Notes: generated from the sequence alone by a model not told the origin. A stretch of 64,000 nucleotides of DNA from Octopus vulgaris (GCA_951406725.2 OX597819.1:113088001-113152000), one strand, 5' to 3'; shown: positions 13,114 through 29,373, numbered from the stretch's first letter. Program-made: numbers and translations.

Positions 13114-13465
13114 CAGGGCTGGCATACCTGAGGCCCGCGGGCCGCATTCGACCCGCAGACTTTTATCTTGATACTTTCTTGAAACGGGTTTATCTAAACA
13201 AACATTTAAAAATTTTAATCAAAAATTAAAGATTGCATTAAAATTTTATCAAAAATTAAAGAATGTAATAAAAAGTAAAGAAAAGGAATGTACTACTGTT
13301 TTTGCAGCGATGATATTTCATGTTGAATCAACAATCATTCATTCATTTTTGTAATAATAGCATGAGAAAGCAAAATGCTTTCAATTCTGTCAGTATACAA
13401 GCGGCCCTCAAAAAACTGTCTGTATTTAAAGTGGCCCGCAATCTAATTCGAGTTGGCCAGGCCTG
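13114..13465. mobile_element. Non-autonomous hAT (Charlie/Buster-type) MITE
   Basis: TIRs CAGGGCTGGC / GCCAGGCCTG, subterminal GGCCCGC motifs, imperfect 8-bp TSD CTTTCAAT / CTCTAAAT. Confidence 0.8.
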
Positions 13466-14327
13466 CTCTAAATAAATCACACCACAAGGCAGCAGAGTTT
13501 TATAAATCGTAGTGAGCACGGTTTGTACAAAGCTAATCCCATTCACTTCTTTCAAACATGTATTGGTCTGTGATGCAACATGTGCAACGAGACCATTAGT
13601 TATCAGGATCCATGAGCAACTAAAGAGCTGAAGAGCTTCTGCCTTTAGCCAGTTGGAGTGTGTGTGAGAGGCCTTCTTCTGGAAGCAATACCGTGACGTG
13701 ATAGTTGGGTTAGTTAGTATAATGTATTTTTAAAAGAAATCTCTCGTCTTTTATTTTTTACTTGTTTCGGGCTTTGGACTGCGGCATTGCTGGAGCACCA
13801 CCTTGAAGGGTTTAGTCGAACAAATCGTTTGCAGTACTTATGTTTTAAGCCTGGTCCTTATTCTATCGGTCTCTTTTGTTGAACAGTTAGGTTACTGGGA
13901 CGTAAAAACGCCAACACCCAAAGGATTCGTAAGACCACGAAATGGATAATCCTTCCTTGATTTATTCTACGAAACCGATTCTAACAGTAACAGAAAAGGC
14001 GGGAGAGAAAGAGAGAATGGCGGAGAAGAAGAAGAAGAAGAAGAAGAAGAAGAAGAAGAAGAAGAAGAAGAAGAAGAAGAAGAAGAAGAAGAAGAAGAAG
14101 AAGAAGAAGAAGAAGAAGAAGGAGGAGGAGGAGGAGGAGGAGGAGACACAATTGCAGGATATGGCGATTGTTTATCGACCCTGAATGGAAGAAAGACAGA
14201 ATCAGCCTAAGTAGGATTTGATCTCAGAACACAGGGAGCCGAAACAAATAGCACAAAACATTCTATCCCAATCTCTGACCACTCTACCAATACACCATTT
14301 TTACTACTGTTGCTGCTGCTGCTACTG

Positions 14328-14377
<50 letters not shown>

Positions 14378-14826
14378 GTTGTTGCTGCTGCTGTTACTGT
14401 TACGTTTGTATCATCATCGTCTCCCTCGTTATCTCCTTTTTATGTATTTCGCCTACCGCAATTCCGATTACTACTACCATTACCACCACCACTACCACCA
14501 CCACCACCACCACCACAACCACGTCCTCATCATCATCATCATCATCGTCGTCGTCGTCGTCGTCGTCGTCACCATCAGTATCTTCTTCCTCCTCTACTTA
14601 TATGTGTGTGTGTCATCATCTCTTCAACTGCTCCAAGGACGTACAATAAATAGCTTTACTCTTGTCTCCTCTCTAATGACCTCTCGAACTACAGCTAAAG
14701 GGCATGAACTTCACAAATTCCCATTTTCTTTCTCATATATGTTCATAACTGTACGCATCCGTGTACATTTTTATTTATGTATGCGTTATATATATATTTA
14801 TATATACGCATATATATATATACATA

Positions 14827-14868
<42 letters not shown>

Positions 14869-15014
14869 CATACTCTTACATATCTATATCTATATACGTA
14901 CATGCATTCATACATACATACGTATATACATACAAATAAGCATGCATGCATACATACATACATACATACATGCATAAATTGTATATTAAATAACCATATA
15001 TTTAGTAAATAAAC

Positions 15015-15814
15015 GCCGAGATCCGAAGATGCTGGCTGCCAAACCATCACCCTTTCACTTTGTATGCTGTTAGACCCTAGTAATGTTTAGGTGGCCCTAA
15101 CAGCGTGGGGCGGGAAGCGTTGTCATGCATGAATACAAGATTCCTTTGATGTGACAGCAGTATGACATCTAGTCAGGGATTCAAGACCTCCTTCAGGAGA
15201 TTGCAGTAGGCGGCTGAGGTCACGTTAACCCCTTCAGGTACCCTGACTGGGCCAACAATTCTGTCCCCAATGATACCAGCCCACAACATGACTCCTCCAC
15301 CTTGTCGTTGACGGTGTAAACGTAAGTGACACTCATCTCCAAAATAGACCCAAAAATTTGCCCAACCGTCAGGTCCGTCAAAGGTCGCCCTGGTTTCGTC
15401 AGTGAACAGAACACAACTCATGTCTATCGTCATGCATTTTGGGGCCCATTGAAGCCTCAAACTCCTGTGACTGGGCATCAAAGGGGGCAGCTTCAGGGGT
15501 TTTCGCACAGAAGCAATGGTCCCGAGGATGCGATTTCTGGTGGTTTTCGGGACATGAGGAAGTCCGGAAGCGGTAAAAATGGCTTTGCTCGTTTACTCTT
15601 TTACTCTTTTAATTGTTTCAGTCATTTGACTGCGGCCATGCTGGAGCACCGCCTTTAATCGAGTAACTCGACCCCGGGACTTATTCTTTTATAAGCCCAG
15701 TACTTATTCTATCGGTCTCTTTTGCCGAACCGCTAAGTAACGGGGACATAAACACACCAGCATCAGTTGTCAAGCAATGTTAGGGGGACAAACACAGACA
15801 CACAAGCACACACA

Positions 15815-15852
<38 letters not shown>

Positions 15853-16257
15853 TACGACGGGCTTCTTTCAGTTTCCGTCTACCAAATCCACTCACAAGGC
15901 TTTGGTCGATCCGAGGCTATAGTAGAAGACACTTGCCCAAGGTGCCACGCAGTAGGACTGAACCCGGAACCATGTGGTAGGTAAACAAGCTACTTACCAC
16001 ACAGCCACTCCTGCCAATCGTTTGTCCAAGTTTCCCACGTAACTTGCAGTCAATATTCCTTAAATCCCTAGCTGTCACAGTTTTGGGGATCTCACAATCA
16101 GATCGTTTCTTCCTTAATGAAGGGCCCTTCAGGAATTGTCTAACCGCGTCCATATGATGACGTAACATCTCCCCAATGACATGAAGAGAGGTGCCTTTAG
16201 CACTTCCTTGATGATGACAGACTTTTCTGCATCATTAAGGCCTTTTCCACGTCCCAT
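15015..16257 (-). pseudogene. Tc1/Tc3-like transposase relic interrupted by SINE A
   Basis: MGRGKGLNDAEK start at 16257; LFTDETRATFDGPDGW, GGGVMLWAGI, FMHDNA, VWQPASSDL. Truncated before the final catalytic residue. Confidence 0.88.
15595..16017 (-). mobile_element. SINE family A, full length, 6-bp TSD
   Basis: TCGTTT at 15589-15594 and 16018-16023; removing the SINE restores transposase GQTSKAIF. Confidence 0.93.
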
Positions 16258-16648
16258 TGTTCTTAGAGAGAGGAGATGCCATTAGCGTGTTTCACCCCAA
16301 AACCGAAGAATCTGAAATAAGAAAAGAAGGACATTACACAGAATAATGAAAACATAACAATTGTGTAGCCATGGTGTGCAAACCAGCTGGGAAAAGTTTT
16401 ATCAAAATCGATTCACAGAAAACCGAGAAATCCTAAATTTCACTCCTAAGCTGTTAGTGTGGCTCTAGGTGTATCAACCACTTATACTTAACGCATATGC
16501 TTCGTGTATTTGCCGGTAAGCTACTCCTGGCGTGGCGGAGAATATTCTCTCAAAGCGCCAAGTGTAAAAACACCATACAGTCATGGACAGGCGAGATAAC
16601 TCACCTTCAATCCCATCTAGGACTGATGAACATCGATGTTTCACCAAT

Positions 16649-16720
<72 letters not shown>

Positions 16721-16861
16721 TATTTCGAAATTTAACTTACTACTTCTATGCATTTTTAAAACACAGCTTAACGAAAGAGTTTACAAAAAACAAGCTCCAT
16801 AGACTCCAAGAACTGAAGAATATTTGACAAGAAATTTTTAAACCTTCAGCCAGATAACTGG

Positions 16862-17167
16862 CTCTCCGTCAGTTACTTTGACGAGGATTCCAGTTAATCC
16901 GATCAACGGAACAGCCTGCACGTGGGATTAATGTGTACTCCGCAGAAACGTATACCCTTAACGTTATCCTCAGGAAGATTCAATGTGGCACAGAATGTGA
17001 CAAGGTTGACCCTTCGAAATACAGCGGGGGGGGGGTGCCAGCTGAGTGTACTAGTGTAACGTGAAATAAAATGTCTTGCTCAAGGACATAACGCGCAGCC
17101 GGGAATCGAACTCACGACCTTACGATCGTGAGCCGAGTATCCTCACCACTCAACCACGCATCTTCAC
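16862..17167 (-). mobile_element. SINE family D head with tail T1
   Basis: tRNA head with GAGTTCGATTCCC, CORE-like CTTGAGCAAGACATTTTATTTCACG, T1 tail. Confidence 0.85.
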
Positions 17168-18263
17168 CTGTAGGGCTCAACTCTGCGGAGTTGATACAGA
17201 AGGCATTTGCACAATGTTCTATTCCACAGTTATTTCCAAGACCCGAATTACACATAACCAAAGAGAAAAATTTTCTTTAACTTATTAAAAATTAAAATTT
17301 TTAAAGAGAATTTTACTGTCGTGTCATCCTGTATACACAACCATAAATAGATATGTTTGTTTGGGTTTAGTATGAATATATGTGTATGCTTGGTTTTGTT
17401 AATGTACATACGTGAATAATTATTTATTATGGGAAATACGGCTAAGTTCCATTTGACTTTTATTAAGGATTTTGTATTTACTCCTTATTTCTTTATCACT
17501 TGTTTGGAACACTAGCTTCCCATTTATGACGACGTCTCAAGACCAATCCAGGTTTATCTTCAGTATGAAATGATTTTAGTGGCGGTGGTTATTGCAGCGT
17601 TTTATCTTTTTTTTCCTTTCTGCAGACGGCAATTATAGGAACGCTGAATGATTTGAAACAGATATATTATGTTTACTGACATTAAACAGCAATAAAATAA
17701 AATCATCAATGAAGTAGGTTGTTTTGGGAAACTGGAGGCAGGGGTTCTTTACCTGATGATAAAACTGTCTGGATCTTGAAATGTCGGTGATCTTGGGAGA
17801 TTTACTCTTCCAAACAAAATATAAAGAATTAATGAGGAAATGTGAAATATAAAATAAAAAACAGGTTATGTTGAAACTGAGTCACAATCATGCGTTTTAT
17901 TAAAAGTGGCGCCCTATAACAAATATATACGTGTTTATACACTAAAATTAACGAAACATACAAAAGATCTTCTATTCGATCGCGCGATATTTAGTACTAT
18001 ATCTACTTGTTTACTATATTTACTTAGTAGCATTTCATCTGTCCTCACGTTCTGATCCACCAGGTCGACTTTTCCTTTTATCCTTTCGGGGTCGATAAAT
18101 TAAGTGCCATCAAATAATGGGATTGATGAGATCCACTTACCGCCACCCTGCAAATTTCAGGCCTTGTTCATATAGTAGAAAGTATTATTATCATCCGCCG
18201 AGGTCGACTTCACCTTCGATACTTTCGGGGTCGGTAAATTAAGGATTATTCTTATTATTATTA

Positions 18264-18839
<576 letters not shown>

Positions 18840-19204
18840 AAATAGCACCAGTGCGTGTGTTTCTCATTGGAAACCGACTCTCCCAAAACACAACAATTGC
18901 AATCAACAGGCAAGCAAATGTAGAGAAGCAAATCCCATTGGACTGATGGTGGGTGTGGGTGATGGAAGGAGGGGAGACGATTTTGTCGGAAGTGCCTGAA
19001 GGGAGGTGACACGTGACCACCCCATGCCAGCAGAGGTCACTTATAGACGAGATACAAAAGCGAAAAAGGTAGAGAGAAATAAACAGTACAACTGCCGGCC
19101 AGACGGTGGCGTGATGGTCAGTGATTGCATTCAGCCAATATTACACACCAGACCATTACGTGCATACAGATACACAAGCACGCACAGACACACATTGATA
19201 GCAA

Positions 19205-19209
19205 TCCAT

Positions 19210-19247
<38 letters not shown>

Positions 19248-19271
19248 CCGCAAACACACTCAATCACAACC

Positions 19272-19311
<40 letters not shown>

Positions 19312-19371
19312 CACACACACAAAACACACACACTCACACACACACACACACTCACAATCACACACACACAA

Positions 19372-19419
<48 letters not shown>

Positions 19420-19485
19420 ACACACACACACAATCACACACACACACACAATCACACACACACACACACAATCACACACACACAC

Positions 19486-19556
<71 letters not shown>
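19205..19556. repeat. (CA)n microsatellite with CAAT interruptions
   Basis: Read directly. Confidence 0.95.
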
Positions 19557-19559
<3 letters not shown>

Positions 19560-20171
19560 ATTATTATCAGAATGGTTTTGCATTGACCATGAGCTAAATA
19601 GATCAGAGTTTACGTTGATAAACTAACAGAAGCGATCGATTTCCAGAAATATCTAGAAATTTGGCTTTGATTTCGATGAAAAATGACCTAATTCCATTAA
19701 GTTTCCCTCTTTACTCATATTTCAACTACTACCACCACCACCACCACAATTACCACCACCATATCCACAACCAACAGCATCACCTACAGTATCATTACCA
19801 CATGCGAGAGTTCGTGTATGCATCCACAATCTGCTAGAAATAGCAACCAAATATTACTCAAAGAACACTCAAACAAATTTAAAACATTAGATTGGTTTAT
19901 ATGGGTTATAATATTTATAAGAAAAAAACCCAATTATTCTGATATTCTAATTATTCTGTACGGATTGTCTGACTGAAAAGCTGAAACAGCGAAAAGCTCT
20001 TACATCAAAACTTCCTTCCATCAGGTCTGTGTTAAGGTATATTTTAACGATTTATAATGTGTGTGTGTGTGTGGTTGTGTAATATATCTTAATTCAAAAA
20101 CATCTTTTTTTCAAATATTACGAATTGAAACTTTGATATATATATATATAGAGAGAGAGAGGAGAGGCTAT

Positions 20172-20630
<459 letters not shown>

Positions 20631-20672
20631 TACATATATGTGTGTCTGTGTGTGAGTGTGTGTGTTTGTGTA

Positions 20673-20910
20673 TCTATATATATAAAACTGAGAATGTGTG
20701 TCTGTCTGTCTGTCTGTCTGTGTGTTTCCCTAAAACTTGAGAACTACACAACCAATTTCGTTCATATTTTACAAATGCCTTACTTAGGGGCCATGTAGTG
20801 TCATGGGCAAATTTCTAACTTCTTGCCTAGGGCGAGCCCACAGCAATATCATATCTTCTCTACTATTTCAGTCTTACGTGTTAAAAGTGAAACAAAAACA
20901 TCTCTCTATT
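20673..20910 (+). mobile_element. Non-autonomous Helitron-like 5' fragment
   Basis: A|TCTATATATATAAAACTGAGAATG followed by (GTCT)n, the same architecture as 54304-54490; 3' CTAG end not seen. Confidence 0.5.
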
Positions 20911-21155
20911 GTATGTATATGGATGTATATATATATATATATATATATATAGCTGTATATGTATACATGTATATGTATAGCTGTATATGTCATCTTTTTC
21001 GTTGTTATGTGCCTCGTAATAATTCTGATTTGATCCGAATTTTCCTTCCCTACAAAGTAAGAAACAAAATATTTCATGACCTAAATGATATCATTTATAA
21101 CTGGGAAAATTTTCAGTTATTTTCATCAAAAACTTCACATGAAATAAAGAAAAGC

Positions 21156-21177
21156 GCATTACTTTTTGACTCGCCCT

Positions 21178-21179
<2 letters not shown>
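21156..21179 (-). mobile_element. Solo mariner-type TIR of a related family
   Basis: GCATTACTTTTTGACTCGCCCTTG followed by TA; resembles the copy 1/2 TIR. Confidence 0.55.
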
Positions 21180-21230
<51 letters not shown>

Positions 21231-21372
21231 GAAAGTTTACGAAAATGAACAAAAGATGAAGGCAGGTGGAGTACAAACAAAAAGATGTATTAGTATAGCG
21301 CTCAGGAATAGAGAAAGTGGAGTGCTTAGATTCTTGCACTTTAATTTCAATTTAATTTAATTTAATTATATA

Positions 21373-21442
<70 letters not shown>

Positions 21443-21445
<3 letters not shown>

Positions 21446-21812
21446 TGGTACTCCGTCGGTTACGACGACGAGGGTTCCAGTTGATCAACGGAATAGCCTG
21501 TTCGTGAAATTAAAGTGCAAGAAACTAAGCACTCCAAAGACACGTGTACCCTTAATGCATTTCTCTGGGAGACTCAGCTTGACACAGAATGTGACGATGC
21601 TGACCCTTTGAAATATAGGTACAACAGAAACAGGAAGAAAGAGTGAAAGTTGTGGTGAAAGAGTAGAGTAGGGTTCGACACCACCCTCTGCCGGAACCTT
21701 GTGGAGCTTAACATGTTTTCGCTCAATAAACACTCACAACGCCCACCCTGGGAGTCGAAACTGCGATCGTATGATCGCGAGTCCGCTGCTCTAACCACTG
21801 GCTCATTGCGTC
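21443..21812 (-). mobile_element. SINE family C head with tail T1
   Basis: Head and body homologous to 12526-12720; tail homologous to that of the D copies at 7001 and 16862. Confidence 0.87.
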
Positions 21813-21814
21813 TC

Positions 21815-22758
<944 letters not shown>

Positions 22759-23299
22759 ACTGACTTCATTCAGTTTCCGTCCACCAAATTCACTCAAAAT
22801 GCTTTGGTCGTCTCGGGTAACAGCAGAAGACACTTGCACAAGATGCCACTAGGCGAGACTAAACCCAGAATCATATGGTAGGGAAGCAAATGTTCCTTTA
22901 TCAGCTTCAGCCCCAAAGCTGCACCCATGCTGGAGCAACACACACACATACACATATACACACATACACACACGCTTATACTCTCAAACTTACATATCTT
23001 ATTTATGAGAACAAAGAATTCTGTTTCTCCTTCTGTCTTTCGAAATCACTCTTCTCTTTCGTGTTGTTATTGTTATTGTCACTATTATTGTTGTTGTTGT
23101 TGTTGTTGTCGTTCTGTTTCTTTTGCGTTGTTGTAATTGTTGTTAGTGTTGTTAACGTTATTTGTGTCAACTGTGTCGCCTTTTGCGGTGTAGTAATGTA
23201 AGGCGGTCGTTAAAATGAATATAGTTAGCGATATCGCGTATGCCGCCAACCACTGTGGGTGGTTTTCGTGTTAAAGGTGACCGAAGTCCAATCTTCACT

Positions 23300-23384
23300 C
23301 TTACATGTTTATACATGCAAGAGTATACATACATAGCATAGTATACACACATAACATGGATACATACATACATACATACATACA

Positions 23385-23416
<32 letters not shown>

Positions 23417-23948
23417 AACATACATATACACAAACATGAATGCATACATATATACATAGATATATGCATATATGTATGTATATATGTACGAATGTATGTA
23501 TGCATGCATGTATGTATGTATGTATGTATGTATGTATGAATGTATGCATGTATGTATGTATGTATGTATGAATGTATGTATGTATGTATGTATGTATGTA
23601 TATATGTATGTATGTATATATGTATGAATGTATGTAAGTATGTATGTATGTATGTATGCATGTATGTATGTATGCATGCGTGTATGTATGTATGTATGTA
23701 TGTATGTATGTATGTATGTATGTATGTATGTATGTATGTATGTATGTATGTATGTTTGTATGTATGGACATTTAGTTATACATACATATATACAAATATT
23801 CAGACATGAGTACGTTCGTACACATATACATTCCTATACATACAGACATATATTGTTATATTTATCCTTTATCCTACATAACTGTTTTCAGTATATATAT
23901 TTATCTAACTCTGAGTGTGTGTGTGAGTGTGTAAGAGAGACAGAGAGA

Positions 23949-24047
<99 letters not shown>

Positions 24048-24069
24048 TGTGTGAGAGAGAGAGAGAGAG

Positions 24070-24155
<86 letters not shown>

Positions 24156-24178
24156 TGTGTGTGTGTGTGTGTGTGTGT
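23300..24178. repeat. (TACA)n/(TATG)n and (TG)n/(GA)n microsatellite block
   Basis: Read directly. Confidence 0.9.
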
Positions 24179-24248
24179 TGTTCCATCTCTGGTCACCCAG
24201 AATCACAATTATTTCCTCAGAGAACGAAATTAAAAAAAAAACATTATG

Positions 24249-25443
24249 GACAGGAGTGGCTGTGTGGTAAGTAGCTTGCTAACCAACCACATGGTTCCGG
24301 GTTCAGTCCCACTGCGTGGCATCTTGGGCAAGTGTCTTCTGCTATAGCCACGGGCCGACCAATGCCTTGTGAGTGGATTTGGTAGACGGAAAATTAAAAG
24401 CCTATCGTGTATATTTCCTTGGTTTGTGTCTATGTTTTTCGTCTCTCTATGTATTCGACGTCTTTTTGGTGTCCTGTACACATATATGCGTGTATATGTA
24501 CATGTAGAGGTAGGTACGTACATATATGTTTATATATATGCATATGTTCTATTTTATTAACATATTATACGACTAAACGCACGCACCCTATTAAGTAAGA
24601 TTGTTCCGTTTATCAAGTTAGCCTTGATATTAACTCTCACGCGACTCTGTATCTTTCTTTCTTTCTCTCCCATTCCCCTTTTTCGTCCTTTTCCCCTCAT
24701 TTAACTTGTCTCTTCCTCTCTCTCTCATTCTTCATTCTCTCTCTCCCCCTCACCATTCTTCATGGTCTCCTCGCACCATTCCCCTTCTTCTCTCTCTTCC
24801 TCTTGCTCCTCCTCCCCCATTCCCGTCGTCCTTCTGCGACGATACTTCCGTCGTAACTGCTATCCTGTCTTTTCTCGCCCGCCTTCTAAGGCCACTGGTC
24901 GACATTCTTTCTCTCTCGTCGTCCACTATAATCCAGCGTTTGCATTACTTTTTTTCGTCTGGCGTAAACAGCCCTTCTTATCTTGTTCTCCTTGTCCTGT
25001 CTCTCACTGTTATATATTTATTTTTCAACTGTTTATATATAATTTTTTTTTTTTTTTTTTACTGTTTATATGTTTGTACTGTCGTTACCGTTTTGCTTTT
25101 TTACCATTTTTTACCCCTCTGCGAAAAGATCTCAGAATTTTAATTGATTTGCTTTTCGCAGGAAGGAAGTTTCTTCGAAGTATACGTCTCGCTTTTATCC
25201 TTCGAAACGTAGAGTAGATGAAACCTTAGCGACTGAAGAAGGGGATTTTTCGTTGTGCTTATTGTCCTGTATCTCTTTTTTTCTTTTTTGCTTGTCCTGT
25301 TCCTTGGTTTGTGTCTATGTTTTTCGTCTCTCTATGTGTTCGACGTCTTTTTGGTGTCCTGTACACATATATGCGTGTATATGTACATGTAGAGGTAGGT
25401 ACGTACATATATGTTTATATATATGCATATGTTCTATTTTATT

Positions 25444-25514
<71 letters not shown>

Positions 25515-25740
25515 GTGTGTTTGTGTGTTTGTGTTTGTCCCCCTAGCATTGCTTGACAACCGATGCTGGTGTGTTTACGTCCCCGTCACTTAGCGGTTCG
25601 GCAAAAGAGACCGATAGAATAAGTACTGGGCTTACAAAGAATAAGTCTCGGGGTCGATTTGCTCGACTAAAGGCGGTGCTCCAGCATGGCCGCAGTCAAA
25701 TGACTGAAACAAGTAAAAGAGTAAAAGAGTAAAGAGAGTA
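24249..25740 (+). mobile_element. SINE family A split by a 1-kb insertion
   Basis: Head 24249-24410; 3' half 25451-25740. Confidence 0.88.
24415..25450 (+). mobile_element. Non-coding element with 151-bp terminal direct repeats (Penelope pLTR-like)
   Basis: 24415-24565 equals 25300-25450 with one mismatch; pyrimidine-rich interior; inserted in the SINE (TA)n; no TG..CA ends. Confidence 0.6.
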
Positions 25741-25829
25741 AAATACACAGATAAAAAACAGAATTGTGCAATTGAAAGACAAGCAGACAGTCCGAGAAGT
25801 ATAAAATGTGTATATATGGATGAATAAAG

Positions 25830-26200
25830 AAACTGAGTCCAGAATCGGAAAGGTTAGCTCCGCTTTCGGTAAGCTTTATCACAAGCTTTGGAACAGCCAC
25901 GACGTATTGTTGAAAATGAAAGTCGATGTATATAAGTCGGTGGTCTTGACAACATTGCTTTATGGTGCTGAATCTTGAACCGAAAGCACTCAACCAGTTT
26001 GACGCTTTTTATATGCGATGCTTGCGTGTTATCGCCAACATAAAACTGGCGGACCATATTCATAACAGTGTGGTACTAACAAAATGCAACATAATAGGTA
26101 TTGAAGCCATCCTCATCAAAATACAGCTTAGATGGTCAGGTCATCTCACATATGAGTGATATCAGAATCCGAAGCAACTTCTCTTTGGCCAATTTCCAAC
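25830..26200 (+). mobile_element. RTE-clade LINE fragment
   Basis: RIGKVSSAFGKL..VYKSVVLTTLLYGAES..MRCLR..QLRWSGHL; a further piece ERSTWRQSCF at 26705-26800. Confidence 0.85.
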
Positions 26201-26299
26201 AAAAAATGTCAGTCGGAATGTCACTTTTGCACTTCCAAACTAAAAAAACAGTCTGATACGTTGCAACATTCCCTTTTGTTTTCTGCAAAAACAAAGCAT

Positions 26300-26339
26300 C
26301 AGGGTGGATTTGGTAGCCGGAAACTAAAAGAATCCGGTC

Positions 26340-26375
<36 letters not shown>

Positions 26376-26987
26376 GACCGGATTTTGTAAAAGCATGAAG
26401 GCCATGTGGAGCAATGCCTTTAGTCGAACAAATCGACCTCAGGACTTATTCTTTGTAAGCCTAGTACTCATTCTATCAGTCTCGTTTGCCGAACCGTTAA
26501 GTTTCGGAGACATAAACACGCCAACATCGGTTTATTTATATTTATGTGCCATTGTGTCTGTGTTTGTCCTCACATCATTGCTTGACAACCGATGTTGGTG
26601 TGTTTATGTCCCCGACACTTAACAGTTCGGCAAAAGAGGCTGATAGAATGAGTACTAGGCTTACAAAGAATAAGTCCTGAGGTCGATTTGTTCGACTAAA
26701 GGCATCAGAACGCAGCACCTGGCGCCAGTCCTGCTTCTCCTCAGTTCAAACATTTGAGCCGATTTGACTCCAGCATCGGGACCAACTTTGTAAAAGCATG
26801 AAGGCCACGCTGGAGCAATGCCTTTAGTCGAACAAATCGACCTCAGGACTTATTCTTTGTAAGCCTAGTACTCATTCTATCAGTCTCGTTTGCCGAACCG
26901 TTAAGTTTCGGAGACATAAACACGCCAACATCGGTTGTCAAGGAATGGTGTGAGGACAAACACAGACACAAAGGCACATAAACATAA

Positions 26988-27039
<52 letters not shown>

Positions 27040-27200
27040 GACCGGATTCTTTTAGTTTCCGTCTACCAAATCCACTCAGAAGGCTTTGGTCGGCCCGCGG
27101 TTATAGTAGAAGACACTTGCGCAAGGTGCCACGCAGTAAGACTGAACCCGGAACAAAACGCAACATATTAGGTATTGAAGCCATCTTCATCAAAATACAG
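26300..27200. repeat. Scrambled SINE A/RTE region with direct and inverted duplications
   Basis: 26384-26532 matches 26787-26936; 26533-26705 is inverted to about 26817-26990; 27153-27200 matches 26079-26125. Confidence 0.85.
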
Positions 27201-27911
27201 AAGAGCGCTTCTTACTATACAGCCACGTCTGTATGTGTGTATGCGTGTTTAATCAGAAAGTCAGATATATATAAGCCTATATGTAGGCTTAATACGTGTG
27301 TTTACATGGAATACAAAACACGGAGTATGGAGTAAAAAATAGTAATTATATAAATGAGTTATGTAATATGTTTGGTAGCTCTTTCGGGTGAACCATGTCT
27401 TATGCCGTGACCACGTTCATACATAATAAAGACCCATGATATCGTAGGTGTACGAAATAACATAAGTTCCTATGCATCTGTTAGACAAAGCCAGGTCAGC
27501 CTCACTGGTAGAATAAAAATTCGTCAACAGGGATTTGTCTTTAAACGTTATTTTAAGGAAATGAAAGACGTTGTTCTGTAATAAGAAAAGTGGTCTTTTA
27601 TCCAAAATAGCATCAGGACCACATTATCTCGTAAGCTGACTCACTCGCATAAGGTAGTAATTCTTCAATTACAAGAGAATATTCTTCGTAAGGGTAGACA
27701 GCTTCCGTGTCACATGTTGAACGTAAGATAGCGTTTATGTCAATAAAGTATAAACCACAACCAAAAGTCTAGAAGCAACAAAACAACATCCTAACCCGAA
27801 TGCAATTGCACGATAGGTGCTTTTTCAATGGAAAATACGTGTCAAAAGAAATAATACGCGGAACAGATGTAGAATTGATATACTGTACTTGAACACGTAT
27901 GTGTACATTTG

Positions 27912-28154
27912 TACTCAAAACGTAAGGACAGACGAAATACCTATTTCTTTACCACCCACAAGGGGATAAACACAAAGAGGACAAACAAGGACAGACAAAC
28001 GGATTAAGTCGATTAGATCGACCCCAGTGCGTAACTGGTACTTATTTAATCGACCCCGAAAAGATGAAAGGCAAAGTCGACGTCGGCGGAATTTGAACTC
28101 AGAACGTAGCAGCAGACGAAATACCGCTAAGCATTTCGCCCGGCGTGCTAACGT
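27912..28154 (-). mobile_element. SINE B1 with start of second monomer (truncated dimer)
   Basis: Same junction CAGACGAAATAC|CTATTTCTTTA as at 61277. Confidence 0.85.
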
Positions 28155-28497
28155 TTCTGCCAGCTAGTTGCCTTCACTCTCAGAATTATTGAAGCATGGA
28201 ATAAACTACCTGTATGAGTCGTTAGCAGTCGAGACACCACATCCCATAACTTCCATGCTTCCTGAAATCCACCAACGGTACACTTGATAGGATTTTTTTT
28301 TTCTTTCTAGGCTGTAGTGCACCTGAGAACTGTATACAACAATTTCTTTCATATCATATTATGTATATACATGCACTATAAACATACATACATTCATACA
28401 AATATACGCACGTATATACAGAGCGGGAAAGAGAAAGGGATACGTACATACAGACGTAAATATGCATAAATACAAACGTGTTCACAAAGTCATACAT

Positions 28498-28528
<31 letters not shown>

Positions 28529-28902
28529 CGTATATATACATATACATATACGTTAACAGAGGAAGACAAACAGACAGGTGAATAGATAGAGAGTCAGTAC
28601 TAATGAGGTGATGCCGCCATGTAGAGGACAGAAGGTAAGAAGATACAGTTGAGGCCGCACGACACCGGCATTGGTTGTCTCCACCATTCGACCTCTGATT
28701 TCCTGTCAAGCTATGCTTCCTCATGTCGCCAATGGAGACATTCATAATAGAATAATCAAATAAATTAGCTGCTATATGTGTGTGTGTGTTGTTGTTGTAT
28801 GAGCGCGTGCGTGCATGTATGTGTCTGTTTACACACGAACATGTACAGACCCACACGTACAGACGCATATAGTTATGTGTCTCTAGCTACATATACACAC
28901 AC

Positions 28903-28951
<49 letters not shown>

Positions 28952-29305
28952 CACTCAGACACAGAGACACACGCATAGGCATACTTATACGCACATAAGC
29001 TTATGTGTATAAATATGTATATACATATATATGTAGGTATATGTGTAGGTATGTGCATGGATGACTACATACATAAATACATATTTATGAATGAATACAA
29101 GGGTATAGATATATAAATACATACACACACACACGCATGCACACACACACACTCATACAACACACACATGCACACACACGAACGTTTCTTTCCTTTACAA
29201 GTGAGTCACCTATAAAGAGGCTGGTCAAAAAACAGGCAACACTAAAACTTCAAGCAAATAAGGCGCACAAAATTGTACATAGATACGTACATGTATGCAC
29301 ACACA

Positions 29306-29373
<68 letters not shown>

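Noticed and set aside
28482-28868. Partly non-repetitive ORFs here and at 56569-57612
   Set aside because: No recognisable domain, and they run into microsatellites; they cannot be supported as exons.
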